Origin: Mycoplasmatota bacterium
Lineage (GTDB): Bacteria; Bacillota_I; Bacilli_A; Izemoplasmatales; Hujiaoplasmataceae
NCBI GenBank assembly: GCA_016342455.1
Contig: JAEIOE010000003.1
Coordinates: forward strand, 6,073-70,072
Direction of reading: 5' to 3'
DNA length: 64,000 nt
Below, piece after piece: positions 40,790-51,234 of this stretch (positions are counted from its first letter, which is position 1; the number at the start of each line of letters is the position of its first letter). The notes beneath the pieces are model-generated. The model did no database searches. It saw only the letters and a list, made by a program, of their open reading frames with translations, and was not told the origin of the DNA. The translations under genes were made by a program, and so were the position numbers.

Positions 40790-40913
40790 ATAATCCTCCA
40801 TTTGTTTAACTAAATTATATCGTAATTTATGCTATTTTTCAATCATTCTTAGCACTTACTGGCTCTTTTAGCATAAATAATAAGTTTTTATAAACAATAA
40901 TACCGGAAAACAT

Positions 40914-40940
40914 AAAAAAAACAGGTTATGACCTGTTTTT
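40914..40940 (-). terminator. Terminator of rplU-rpmA
   Basis: AAAAACAGGT/ACCTGTTTTT. Confidence 0.8.
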
Positions 40941-40945
40941 AAATA

Positions 40946-41236
40946 TTATTCTTGTGCTGCGTAAACGCTAGCTTGTTTTCTATCTCTTCCAACTCTTTCG
41001 TATTTAACGATTCCATCGATTTTAGCGAATAGAGTATCGTCTTTACCAATTCCTACGTTTTCTCCTGGATGAATCTTTGTTCCTCTTTGACGGAAGATAA
41101 TTGACCCGGCTGTACAGAATTGACCATCTGATAATTTGGCTCCTAAACGGCGTCCTACAGAATCACGACCATTCTTTGTAGATCCTACACCTTTTTTGGA
41201 AGCCATTAGTTCAAGAATATTAATATTTAGTATCAC
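40946..41236 (-). CDS. rpmA: 50S ribosomal protein L27 with N-terminal extension
   Basis: [25 protein letters not shown]; GGAGGTG RBS precedes GTG 41236. Confidence 0.97.
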   Translation of the reverse strand: MILNINILELMASKKGVGSTKNGRDSVGRRLGAKLSDGQFCTAGSIIFRQRGTKIHPGENVGIGKDDTLFAKIDGIVKYERVGRDRKQASVYAAQE

Positions 41237-41288
41237 TTAAAACACCTCCAAAATGTTATTTTTAATTTTTTATAATATATTACAATGA

Positions 41289-41600
41289 TTATTCAACTAC
41301 TATGTCATTAACTGTTAGTTTCGTGTAAGCTTGTCTATGACCTTGCTTTTTATGGTAATGTTTCTTCGCTAAGTATTTGTAAATTATAATCTTAGGACTT
41401 CTACCATTTTTCACTACAGTTGCTTTGACGCTAGCATTTTTAACATAAGGTTTTCCAACTTTAGTTTTTTCTCCACCAATCAATAATACTTTATCAAAAG
41501 TAATTTCTTGACCTGCTTCAACTTCAAGTTTTTCTACAAAAATTTCTTGTCCAACTTCAACTCGTAATTGTTTTCCACCTGTTTCAATAACTGCGTACAT
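41289..41600 (-). CDS. rplU: 50S ribosomal protein L21
   Basis: [21 protein letters not shown]; GAGGAGG RBS. Confidence 0.98.
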   Translation of the reverse strand: MYAVIETGGKQLRVEVGQEIFVEKLEVEAGQEITFDKVLLIGGEKTKVGKPYVKNASVKATVVKNGRSPKIIIYKYLAKKHYHKKQGHRQAYTKLTVNDIVVE

Positions 41601-41621
41601 TTCAGCACCTCCTCTAATTTT

Positions 41622-41690
41622 AAGACTCGCCATGGATTGGTAACCTTTTAAGTATTTAAGACCAATGATGAGCGGTATGCATTACATACG
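41622..41690 (-). ncRNA. L21 leader (ribosomal protein autoregulatory element)
   Basis: TATGTAA..ACCGCTC...ATTGGT/ACCAAT stem...TGGCGAGT in the 5' UTR of rplU. Confidence 0.75.
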
Positions 41691-41695
41691 AAAGT

Positions 41696-41724
41696 ATTAT
41701 ACATAAAATTCGCCTTAAAGTCAA
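41696..41724 (-). promoter_or_regulatory. Sigma70-type promoter of rplU-rpmA
   Basis: TTGACT-17 bp-TATAAT. Confidence 0.8.
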
Positions 41725-41822
41725 TAAAAACATTTCGAAACGTTGCTAAGATTGGTTATTTAACTATCTTTAACAAAATATTCTCAAATAGCGAAAATTA
41801 TGATACAATAATCCTAAAGGAT

Positions 41823-42800
41823 GTGATTATTTTGCCACTAATAACTTTAGGAATCTCTACACCTATTATTATACTATTAATTGTAGCTATATTGCTAGTT
41901 ATTTATTTTGCAATATCTTATATCATCTATAAAAAGGTCTTAGTAGACTATAATGTACCTGAGGTTAACTTAGTAGACCAGACTGATAAATTCTTTAAAC
42001 CATCCTTCGATTGGTTCCAAGAAATACCTAAAGAAGATATTGAAGTAACATCTTATGATGAACTGAAGTTATATGGTTACTATATACCTTCTTATAATAA
42101 GAACTCAAAAGACATCGCTATTATTGTCCATGGTTATCAATCAAAAGCAACTGATATGATAATCATTGCGAAGATGTATGCTGAAATGGGCTTTCAAGTA
42201 ATCTTAACTGATTTAAGAGGTCATGGACAATCAGAGGGAACTTTTACTACTTTTGGTTATTATGAAAAATATGATTTAAAGAAATGGATCAACTTCGCTA
42301 TCAGAACTTATGGCGCTGATTCGAATATCTTAATCCACGGAGTGTCTATGGGTGCCGCTACGGCTATGATGGTCACAGGACTTGATATCCCTAAAGAAAA
42401 GATTAAGTTCCTTCTATTAGATTCAGGTTTTAATAAACTTAGACACGCTTTATTAAATCCTAATAAATCCAGATTGTTAAAAGTTTTCTATCCTGGGTTA
42501 AATGTAGTCACTTATAGCAAACATCGTTTTGTACTAGATCGAGTAAACCCGATTAAACAAATGAAAAGAAATACCATTCCTTTCTTAATTGTTCAAGGGG
42601 ATAAAGATACTGCAGTAACAGTATCTATGGCAAAAGATATTTATGATTCATCACCAACCATAACAAAAGAATTACTTATTATTAAAGATTCAAAACACGC
42701 ACTAGGTTTTAAAGATGATTACCAGTTATGTTATGATACCTTATATAAAATGATTAAACCAATATTTGATATTAAGAAGATATATGAAACAAAGAGCTAA
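41823..42800 (+). CDS. Membrane-anchored alpha/beta hydrolase
   Basis: N-terminal TM, VHGY, DLRGHG, GVSMG nucleophile elbow, QGDKD, H near the C-terminus. Confidence 0.9.
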   Translation: MIILPLITLGISTPIIILLIVAILLVIYFAISYIIYKKVLVDYNVPEVNLVDQTDKFFKPSFDWFQEIPKEDIEVTSYDELKLYGYYIPSYNKNSKDIAIIVHGYQSKATDMIIIAKMYAEMGFQVILTDLRGHGQSEGTFTTFGYYEKYDLKKWINFAIRTYGADSNILIHGVSMGAATAMMVTGLDIPKEKIKFLLLDSGFNKLRHALLNPNKSRLLKVFYPGLNVVTYSKHRFVLDRVNPIKQMKRNTIPFLIVQGDKDTAVTVSMAKDIYDSSPTITKELLIIKDSKHALGFKDDYQLCYDTLYKMIKPIFDIKKIYETKS

Positions 42801-42821
42801 GTCCAGGGACTTAGCTCTTTT
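42791..42821. terminator. Bidirectional terminator
   Basis: AAAGAGCTAAG/CTTAGCTCTTT. Confidence 0.8.
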
Positions 42822-42840
42822 AGTATTCTGAAATATATAT

Positions 42841-44460
42841 TTATTTATAGTAAACCCTTGCTTCATATGGCTTTAACACAAAGTCATCGTTTTCTTTATA
42901 GTTAGAAAGAATAAGTTTATGGTTTTTATACTCAAATTTATCCATAGTATAATCTTTATCAGTAAAGTTACATAATACAATCAATTCATTAGTTTTGTCG
43001 TATCTTCTATAAATGAACAATGATTTATTATTGAAATCTATGTCACGATACTTACCATATACTATTACAGGATATACTTTTCTAAGTTTAATAATCTTTT
43101 TATAGTAATTATATATCGAGTCTTTATCCAAATGCTCTTTTGCAACATTGATATCTTTATAATTAGGATTTACCTTAAGCCATGGTTTCTGATCAGAGAA
43201 ACCAGCGTTCTTTGAATCATCCCATTGCATTGGAGTTCTCCCATTATCTCTTGAAACATATTTGATTTTCTTCATAATACGTTTCTTAGAGAATAACATT
43301 TTTCTCATAAGCTTATAGATATTATGTGTTTCGACATCTTGATAATCTTCTAAGTTATCGAAACTAATATTCGTCATACCTATCTCTTGACCTTGATAGA
43401 TAAAAGGAGTTCCTTGTTGGAAATATAACATCGTAGCTAGCATCTTAGCTGATTCATCATGAAACGCTAAAGATCCAAACCTATTGATAGAGCGTGGTTG
43501 ATCATGACTTTCTAAGAATAAGGTATTCCAGCCTTTTTCATTCACATTGTTTTGCCAATTCGATAAAGGTTTTTTAAGGTTCATTGGCTTGAATTTCTTA
43601 ATAAACCATTTCACAAAGTAATTATCTGCATCCATATGTTCAAATTGAAATACCATGTCTAATTCCTTGCGCTTTGGACTAGTCAATAATACGCCATCCT
43701 TTGGGCTTACAAAGACCGTTTCACCGACAGTAAAACAATCATATTTAGAAAAGACATCTCGATTCAATTCATGAAGGTATTTATGTAGGTTGGGATATGA
43801 TAAGTAATGTTCTCTACCTGTAAGAATAAGTCTTTTACGACCTCTTGGGTGTAAATTGTTTTTAGCAATAAGATTGATAACATCACATCTAAAGCCGTCC
43901 ACTCCCAACTCTAGCCAGTAAGTAATCATTTTCTTGATATCACTGCGAAGCTCTGGATTGTCCCAATTTAGATCTGGTTGACCTTTTGAAAACAAATGTA
44001 GATAATATTGTTTTCTTTCTTCATTATAAGACCAAGCTTTTCCACCGAAGAAGCCAGTCCAATTTCTAGGTTTATCTTCCCAATGATAGTAATCACTGTA
44101 TTTGCCAACTCTTTTCACAGATTTTTTAAACCAATCATGTTCAGAAGAACTGTGGTTAATTACAAGATCCATTACTAATTTAATCTTCACTTTATGTAAT
44201 TCTTTTATCAGTTTTTTCATATCTGATAAATCGCCAAATACAGGCGCTATATCTTGATAATCTGATATGTCATAGCCATTGTCTTCCATAGGAGATTTAT
44301 ATACAGGAGATAACCAAACTATCGCTACCCCTAAGTCTTTTAAATAAGGGATTTTTTCTATAATTCCTTTTATATCACCGATACCGTCGTTATTAGAATC
44401 CTTAAAACTTCTAGGGTATATTTGATATACAATGCCTTCTTTATACCAAGCTTTTTCCAT
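42841..44460 (-). CDS. GH13 alpha-glucosidase / oligo-1,6-glucosidase
   Basis: YQIYPRSF, DNGYDISDY, DLVINH, QPDLNW, DGFRCDV, SHDQPR, RDNGRTPMQW. Confidence 0.93.
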   Translation of the reverse strand: MEKAWYKEGIVYQIYPRSFKDSNNDGIGDIKGIIEKIPYLKDLGVAIVWLSPVYKSPMEDNGYDISDYQDIAPVFGDLSDMKKLIKELHKVKIKLVMDLVINHSSSEHDWFKKSVKRVGKYSDYYHWEDKPRNWTGFFGGKAWSYNEERKQYYLHLFSKGQPDLNWDNPELRSDIKKMITYWLELGVDGFRCDVINLIAKNNLHPRGRKRLILTGREHYLSYPNLHKYLHELNRDVFSKYDCFTVGETVFVSPKDGVLLTSPKRKELDMVFQFEHMDADNYFVKWFIKKFKPMNLKKPLSNWQNNVNEKGWNTLFLESHDQPRSINRFGSLAFHDESAKMLATMLYFQQGTPFIYQGQEIGMTNISFDNLEDYQDVETHNIYKLMRKMLFSKKRIMKKIKYVSRDNGRTPMQWDDSKNAGFSDQKPWLKVNPNYKDINVAKEHLDKDSIYNYYKKIIKLRKVYPVIVYGKYRDIDFNNKSLFIYRRYDKTNELIVLCNFTDKDYTMDKFEYKNHKLILSNYKENDDFVLKPYEARVYYK

Positions 44461-44462
44461 AG

Positions 44463-46856
44463 TTAGTCCTTTCTAAAATAATACTTAATCGCTTTGAAAT
44501 ACTTTCTGTTCGCAGCGGCTATTATTGCTTTTGTTAGATTCACTCTTAATTTTCCATCACTAATAAGGGCTAATGCTCTTAGCGGCATCTGTTTTAAGCC
44601 TGCCATGAACATCTTTAATTCTTGAGGACTCTGCTCAGAATTTTCAGCCATAGCCATGTCATATAATTTTTTGGACATGAACTTGCCAATCCTTGTATCA
44701 GAGATATCCTCTAAATTGTTATTTATAGTAAAGGGTCTCGTATGTTTTACATGTTGATGACTTAATTCTTGATTGACAAGTAGTTTGTAATCATCATTAC
44801 TAAAACTTAAACCTTTAATAGGATGATAGCTTTCAAGATGATTCCAAACACTATCAACGTGTTCAAGTCCTCTATTAATATCTATCACTTTCTCCGTAAG
44901 TATATCTCTTGCATTCTTACAAATTTGAAGATTATAAACACCATCATCCGTAGTGAATTGTTTTAGTTCAGGATGATAATATTTAAATGTTTCTATATTT
45001 ACTTTAAAACTGATAGTTTTAGTTTCTCCATTTTTAATCATGACTTTTGAGAAATCAATTAATTCTCTTTTTGGCCTTGGCATAGCAGGATTCTTTGCTT
45101 CAAAGAATAGTAGTACAACTTCCAAGCCATCCATTGGTCCATTGTTTGTAACATCAACACTTACAGTTAATTTATCAGTCTCTTTTAAAAGCTTTGATTT
45201 ACTAATTAACATATTCGAATACTCGAAATGAGTATAGGATAAACCGTAGCCAAATGGGTATCTTACTTCAACATTCGCAGAAGCATAATACCTGTATCCT
45301 AAATAGATACTCTCTTGATAAAACGTATTGTTATTGCCAGTGTTAAAAAACTTGTCACTGGATATATCATTATGCTTTAACGGGAAGGTTTCAGCTAGTC
45401 TACCACTTGGATTAACTGCTCCGAACAAAACGCGGTCTAAGGCAATTCCTAGCGCTTCCCCGCCTAAATAGCAATTCAAGATTGCCTTTACGTTATGATA
45501 ACTTGGAATAACAATAGGAGAACCTATTTGTAAGACTAATATTATATTTTGATTCAAATTATATACTTGATTAATAATGTATTCTTGATTCGCGGGAATA
45601 GATAAATGATTCCTATCATAGCCTTCTGATTCATAGTCATCAGTAAGACCACAAACAATGACGATTTTGTCATAGTTTGGAGCTAGATTCTTAATGTCAT
45701 CTAAATACTCACTATTTACTTCATCACTTCCTGAATCATATCCTTTTGTATAATATACTAACTTATGTTTTGTTAGGATATCTTTAATAGAATCCACTTT
45801 ATAAGCGCTGATGTGACTTGAGCCTCCACCTTGATATCTTACAATATCTGCCATATCTCCAATTACTAAAACTTTATCTTTTTCAGATAATGGCAACATA
45901 TTATCTTTATTCTTTAAGAGAACCATTGAGCCTTCCGCTATCAACGCAGCTTTTTGATGATTCTTATCTAAATCTACTTTCTTTATTTCTTGGTCTTTAA
46001 ACTTATTTACTAGTTCTAATATCCTTTTTACAGAAGCATTTATTTCATCAATAGAAACTTTCCCTGCTTTATATCCTTTAATCAATGTATTCACACCATA
46101 CATACAACCAGGCATTTCTAAATCTAAACTAGCAATTAATGCATTCGTTCTATCATTAACAGCTGACCAATCACTTACTATGACTCCTTTGAATCCGAAT
46201 TCGTCTCTTAATACTTCTTTTAGTAAGTTTATATTTTCAGAAGCATAAACACCATCTACTTTATTATAGGCACACATTACCATATCAGGCTCTAGTTTTA
46301 CTAGTTCTTGAAAACTTCTATAATATAACTCATATTTAGCACGATCATCCGCTATAGAACTATTCGTCATACGATAATCTTCTTGTGAATTCAAAGCGAA
46401 ATGCTTTAAACAAACTCCAACCTTTTCTTTTTTAGCTCCTTCGATAAAGGCAGTTGCCATTTTTATCGTTACTAATGGATCTTCTGAAAAGTATTCAAAG
46501 TTTCTACCACAATAGGGGTGTCTTTTTAAATTGACTCCAGGTCCTAAAATAAGATTCACTCCATTGGCTCTATACTCAGAGGCTATTGCTTGACCCATCA
46601 TTTTAGCTAGTGAAGGATCGAAACTAGAGGCAAGCGTAACTAAAGAAGGATAGCACACAGCTGTTTCAGCTGCTTGGCTAACCGATGATGAATCAGTTAC
46701 TTTTCTTAAACCATGAGGTCCATCAGCCATAAATACAGAAGGAATATCTAATCTGTCGATATTCATTGTATTCCAAGCATCTTTTCCCGTCAGTAAACTA
46801 CATTTTTCTTCCACTGTTAAATCTTTAACTAATTGATCAATATTCACAATCATCAC
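44463..46856 (-). CDS. GH3 beta-glucosidase
   Basis: DGPHGLRK, RNFEYFSEDP, KHFALN, VSDW, ESEGYDR, YPFGYGLSYT. Confidence 0.93.
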   Translation of the reverse strand: MMIVNIDQLVKDLTVEEKCSLLTGKDAWNTMNIDRLDIPSVFMADGPHGLRKVTDSSSVSQAAETAVCYPSLVTLASSFDPSLAKMMGQAIASEYRANGVNLILGPGVNLKRHPYCGRNFEYFSEDPLVTIKMATAFIEGAKKEKVGVCLKHFALNSQEDYRMTNSSIADDRAKYELYYRSFQELVKLEPDMVMCAYNKVDGVYASENINLLKEVLRDEFGFKGVIVSDWSAVNDRTNALIASLDLEMPGCMYGVNTLIKGYKAGKVSIDEINASVKRILELVNKFKDQEIKKVDLDKNHQKAALIAEGSMVLLKNKDNMLPLSEKDKVLVIGDMADIVRYQGGGSSHISAYKVDSIKDILTKHKLVYYTKGYDSGSDEVNSEYLDDIKNLAPNYDKIVIVCGLTDDYESEGYDRNHLSIPANQEYIINQVYNLNQNIILVLQIGSPIVIPSYHNVKAILNCYLGGEALGIALDRVLFGAVNPSGRLAETFPLKHNDISSDKFFNTGNNNTFYQESIYLGYRYYASANVEVRYPFGYGLSYTHFEYSNMLISKSKLLKETDKLTVSVDVTNNGPMDGLEVVLLFFEAKNPAMPRPKRELIDFSKVMIKNGETKTISFKVNIETFKYYHPELKQFTTDDGVYNLQICKNARDILTEKVIDINRGLEHVDSVWNHLESYHPIKGLSFSNDDYKLLVNQELSHQHVKHTRPFTINNNLEDISDTRIGKFMSKKLYDMAMAENSEQSPQELKMFMAGLKQMPLRALALISDGKLRVNLTKAIIAAANRKYFKAIKYYFRKD

Positions 46857-46966
46857 CTCTATTTAATATTATAATCCAAAGACATAACGATATCTATCTA
46901 TTTAAAGAAAAAAAAGCCAATTAATTGGCTTTTTGTAATTTATGTGAGAATCTATTCTAAATGCTA

Positions 46967-47647
46967 TCACTTATAGTTGTGGATTTCTTTTAAACTACTA
47001 ATTTCGTATGTTGGATTGATATCTTTTGTGTTTGGAAGTTCTAATGGATTATACCAAAGCGTATCAATACCAAAGTTAATTCCTCCTAAAATATCTGAGC
47101 CAAGACCATCTCCTATCATTAAAATCTTATCTTTAGCCGGTAATTCAATATCCTCAAGTCCTTTTATGAAAATCATAGGATTGGGTTTTGCATAACCGAT
47201 TTCATCAGATATTATAATCTTCTCAAAATAAGAAGCGATAACTGATTTTACAATTCTTATGTTTTGAACCCTTTTTAAACCATTGGTTACTAATACTAAT
47301 CGATGAGTTTTAGCTAAATCTTGAATCAATTCTTTTACACCATCAAATAGAAATGATCCTTGAGCTAAATGAGTTAAAAAGCTTTCAGAGAAAGAATAGG
47401 CATCTCTTTGAACATTGATTGCTTTGAAAAAGCGTTGGACTCTATCTATTTTTAATTCTTTTTGTGTGATCAATCCTTTTTCGAATTCTTGCCAAATAGC
47501 TATATTAATCTCTTTATATATTTTTAAGTACTCATCCTTAAATGGTATTTCACTCTCTTTCATAGCTTTATGAAAAGCAAATTCTTCAGTTTTTGAAAAA
47601 TCAAATAAGGTATCATCCGCATCGAATATTATCATTTTATAGTTCAT
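46967..47647 (-). CDS. HAD-family noncanonical pyrimidine nucleotidase (YjjG-like)
   Basis: FDADDTLFDF, VTNG, KP, GDGLGSDILGG. Confidence 0.9.
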   Translation of the reverse strand: MNYKMIIFDADDTLFDFSKTEEFAFHKAMKESEIPFKDEYLKIYKEINIAIWQEFEKGLITQKELKIDRVQRFFKAINVQRDAYSFSESFLTHLAQGSFLFDGVKELIQDLAKTHRLVLVTNGLKRVQNIRIVKSVIASYFEKIIISDEIGYAKPNPMIFIKGLEDIELPAKDKILMIGDGLGSDILGGINFGIDTLWYNPLELPNTKDINPTYEISSLKEIHNYK

Positions 47648-47791
47648 GTAATCACTCCAGTTCCTATGAAGATTATATCATAATATATTTATAATTTCAC
47701 ATTATTTGGACCTTAAAAAAGATGGAAATAAAATGCTATACTGTATTCTTGCTTTTTAATATATACCTATACTAATAAAATCCTCGTTTAG

Positions 47792-48469
47792 TTAAAATCT
47801 AATATTTTGCGGTGATTTCCTATTTACATCTACATTAGTAGAGGAATAACCTAATCCCTCTAGTATATCTCCTGATTCAAGTAATAAGGATAATACAATA
47901 ATCAATATTATGATAGAACTAAATGACATAATAGCTATATTTAGATTGATTTGCTCTATTTCTTCATCATTTGATATGGTACAAACCATTAAAGATATTG
48001 TAGCTATCAAAGAAAACATTAGAATGCTATACTCAAAATCTTCATTATAAATCCACAATACAGTAACTGCGATTAAAATGAGTAGTGATAGTATAACTAA
48101 GTACCATCCAGCATGTCTTAGTAAGAAAGGAATATATAAGGATACAACATACAAAAAATATACTACAATACATGCCAAGAATATAATAAATAGGTGATTA
48201 ATCACTAAAGAAACTTCAGCCTTCATTAAATATGCATTAGCTAAAAATGCGATACTTATTGCATTCACTAAAATTGGAACTATTGGTTTTAAGCCGTGAT
48301 TCTTTCTCGGTATGGAATAAAACAACGCAACGATTATAAAAAATATACCAATAGAAAAAGAAACCCAATAACTTCCAAATTCAATAGACTGTATAGCATA
48401 TAAACTAAGTAATTCTATCAATATAAAGATTGCTAGGTAACTTGCAATGTAATTTGCTTTATTCTTCAT
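47792..48469 (-). CDS. Hypothetical multi-pass membrane protein
   Basis: 225 aa, about 7 hydrophobic segments, AAAGG RBS. Confidence 0.75.
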   Translation of the reverse strand: MKNKANYIASYLAIFILIELLSLYAIQSIEFGSYWVSFSIGIFFIIVALFYSIPRKNHGLKPIVPILVNAISIAFLANAYLMKAEVSLVINHLFIIFLACIVVYFLYVVSLYIPFLLRHAGWYLVILSLLILIAVTVLWIYNEDFEYSILMFSLIATISLMVCTISNDEEIEQINLNIAIMSFSSIIILIIVLSLLLESGDILEGLGYSSTNVDVNRKSPQNIRF

Positions 48470-48554
48470 GTTTTATACCTTTCATTCGAAATGTTTTTTA
48501 TTTAGATTATTGCTATCACTTTTTATTACAAATATCATTTTTGCTTTCTCATTA

Positions 48555-49205
48555 TTATTTGTTGTCTTTGTTATATTTGATTGCGGAATTGCCTTCTTGT
48601 TTTTTTGCCTCATATAGAGATTTATCCGATTCAACTAATATTTCGTCTAGTGTATTAGAAAAATCTGTATAAGTATAGCCTAGAGAAATCGTAACACGTT
48701 TTTCTTGTAAGTATGAATCATCCTTTACATTACTCAAAATGTTCTCAATAACGCTTTCTAAGACTGATTTTTGTCCGATCATAAATCCAGTAAACTCATC
48801 TCCACCCCAGCGTGATAGTTTTCCATATTTACTTGCTTCTTTATTAATTAATTTCGCAAGATGTTGTAAAACAAAATCCCCCTCTGAGTGTCCATATTTA
48901 TCATTAACTAGTTTAAAATTATCGATATCTATAATAAAAATTAATGCTTCTTTGATATTCGAATCAAATTCTTCCACTTCTTGAGTGAATCCTCTTCGAT
49001 TTAATAAGAGAGTTAGATAATCGGTTTTGGCTAATGAGTATATTTTATTTTGATATTTTTTAATCGTTAAATGAGTAATATAAGCCACAGTAGAAACAAC
49101 AGCTATTACCATGATAATGGTAAAGTAAAGATAATCTAGGAAGAAGTGAGCTAAAATATTAGTATCTTTTGTTATAACTAAATACCAATCCAATCTGGAT
49201 TTCAT
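48555..49205 (-). CDS. GGDEF diguanylate cyclase with N-terminal TM
   Basis: DYLTLLLNRR, DIDNFKLVNDKYGH..GD, RWGGDEF, TISLG, AD-like SDKSLYEAK; start uncertain. Confidence 0.85.
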   Translation of the reverse strand: MKSRLDWYLVITKDTNILAHFFLDYLYFTIIMVIAVVSTVAYITHLTIKKYQNKIYSLAKTDYLTLLLNRRGFTQEVEEFDSNIKEALIFIIDIDNFKLVNDKYGHSEGDFVLQHLAKLINKEASKYGKLSRWGGDEFTGFMIGQKSVLESVIENILSNVKDDSYLQEKRVTISLGYTYTDFSNTLDEILVESDKSLYEAKKQEGNSAIKYNKDNK

Positions 49206-49461
49206 TCGAAACGCTGGCTGAAACCTTAGGAAGATGATAAATCAATTAAAAATATATATTACAATGATGTTAAAATATAATTAACCGTAAGACTATTGAA
49301 TTTTAACCAAAAATGAAATACAGCTAATTATCTATTCGCACTCTTCCTTACTATGTTCCATAAAGAAATATTTATCTGACTTTTACTATCTCTTTTAAAA
49401 GTCTTTTATGAAAATATTTAACTCCAATTCCCGTAGGATTTGTAAAAACTTGTTTTTTAAA

Positions 49462-51234
49462 TTATGCACCTGTGCTTACTTGATAATATATAGCTTGCGA
49501 ATTAAATAATTCATAATATTTCGAATTCTTATGTTCCATCAATTTCTTATGAGTATCTATCATTTGTACTTTGTTTTCATCAAGAACTATAATTCTGTCA
49601 CTAAACACACAAGATGACATTCTATGTGAAATATATATAGAAGTTCTATTCGCCACTAACTCACTAAAGTGTTCATATATATCAGCTTCAGCAATTGGAT
49701 CTAGTGCACTTGTAGGCTCATCTAGAATAATCAATGATGAGTTTTTGTAAAATGCCCTTGCAATTGCTAGTTTTTGCAATTCGCCTCCAGACATCTCTAT
49801 CCCCTTCTCATGATACTCTTTGGAAAGATATGTATCAATACCGTCTTCTAAGCTTGTAATCTTATCTTCTAATCCAGCTTGTTTGATACAATGTAAAACA
49901 GCTTCACGGTTTTTTGATTCCATATCAATATTTTCATGTAGTGTAAGAGCAAATAATTTAAAATCTTGGAATACTGCTGCAATTTGATTTAAGAATGATT
50001 CATATTGATATTCATTGATATCAACCTCATTCCAATATATTGTTCCAGATGTTGGTTTATATAAACGACAAATTAATTTAACTAATGTTGTTTTACCTGC
50101 TCCATTTAAACCAACAATACTAATCTTCTCACCTTTTTTTATTGTGAATGATATATTCTTTAGAACAATGTTTTCATGATTCGGATAATGAAATGATACA
50201 TTGTCAAAACGCAAGGAATCCATTTCGTTACAAATTTGTCCATATCGATAAAGGTCTTTAGATTCTTTTACATTCATTAGATCTACTAGCGGAGCTAACA
50301 TATTAGATGATGATTGAAAGCTAAATATACTTGTTATAAAACTACTTAAGGTTTCAGATGTTTTCGTTGCTGACGCGATTAGAAAAACAAATATACTTAC
50401 TCCTAAACTTAGAGTTATGGATTGTAATCCAATTAAGCTATATATAGCAATTATTTGAATCACACTAATAATTACAAACATACTTCCATAAAATGCATTC
50501 TTGAGATAGTAGTTTATCATTACTTTAGTTGTTTTCTTTAGGAAAGTACTATATTTGTCAAACATTAAATCTGACAAAGGATACATACTAAAATCTTTAG
50601 CACTTGTTACATCTGACACAATAACTTGGTAATAATTGAATTTTCGATTAATTGGTCCTAATTTTTGAGAGATTTTTACTTGCTGTTTTGATGAAAACCT
50701 TGAGTTTATTGTATACAAAAGCAATGTCCCAAAAATTATTAATAATATCAATGGATTAAATGTGATCAATACCGCAAACATTGAAGCAATAACTAGAATA
50801 TAATATGTTATATCTGCTAAGCTTTTAAAGAGATTATCAAGTGCATCAAACTGTTCTATTGAATATTTTGATCGTTCTGACAAATCTAAATAGTATGGAT
50901 CTTCTAAATGTTGATAATCTATATTCATCAGTTTAAAATTGATTGTTTGATATACTTTTTGCTTTATTTCTTCCCGTTTAATATCAATCATACTAACTAA
51001 TTTTTTTTCAAAATAGTTAATCAAAAACTCTGAAACTAAGACAATCAATATCATTTGTATTGACTTATTATAATCATTACTAACTAAACCATCAATAATC
51101 AATTTAAGACCATAAACACCAATCAGTATTTTTGCAGTTCTAATAATCGCTTGTGTAAATATAGCAAGATAGAACGTTTTTGATAATTTGTTAGTAAATT
51201 TAATAATATTAAATGCTATTTTAAATTGCTTCAT
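49462..51234 (-). CDS. ABC exporter, fused TMD-NBD
   Basis: GLNGAGKTT, SGGELQK, LDEPT, SHR. Confidence 0.93.
   Translation of the reverse strand: MKQFKIAFNIIKFTNKLSKTFYLAIFTQAIIRTAKILIGVYGLKLIIDGLVSNDYNKSIQMILIVLVSEFLINYFEKKLVSMIDIKREEIKQKVYQTINFKLMNIDYQHLEDPYYLDLSERSKYSIEQFDALDNLFKSLADITYYILVIASMFAVLITFNPLILLIIFGTLLLYTINSRFSSKQQVKISQKLGPINRKFNYYQVIVSDVTSAKDFSMYPLSDLMFDKYSTFLKKTTKVMINYYLKNAFYGSMFVIISVIQIIAIYSLIGLQSITLSLGVSIFVFLIASATKTSETLSSFITSIFSFQSSSNMLAPLVDLMNVKESKDLYRYGQICNEMDSLRFDNVSFHYPNHENIVLKNISFTIKKGEKISIVGLNGAGKTTLVKLICRLYKPTSGTIYWNEVDINEYQYESFLNQIAAVFQDFKLFALTLHENIDMESKNREAVLHCIKQAGLEDKITSLEDGIDTYLSKEYHEKGIEMSGGELQKLAIARAFYKNSSLIILDEPTSALDPIAEADIYEHFSELVANRTSIYISHRMSSCVFSDRIIVLDENKVQMIDTHKKLMEHKNSKYYELFNSQAIYYQVSTGA

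Noticed and set aside
40849-40875. TTAGCACTT resembling a CIRCE half-site upstream of galK
   Set aside because: The second half is a direct (TTAGCA) rather than inverted copy; not a CIRCE.
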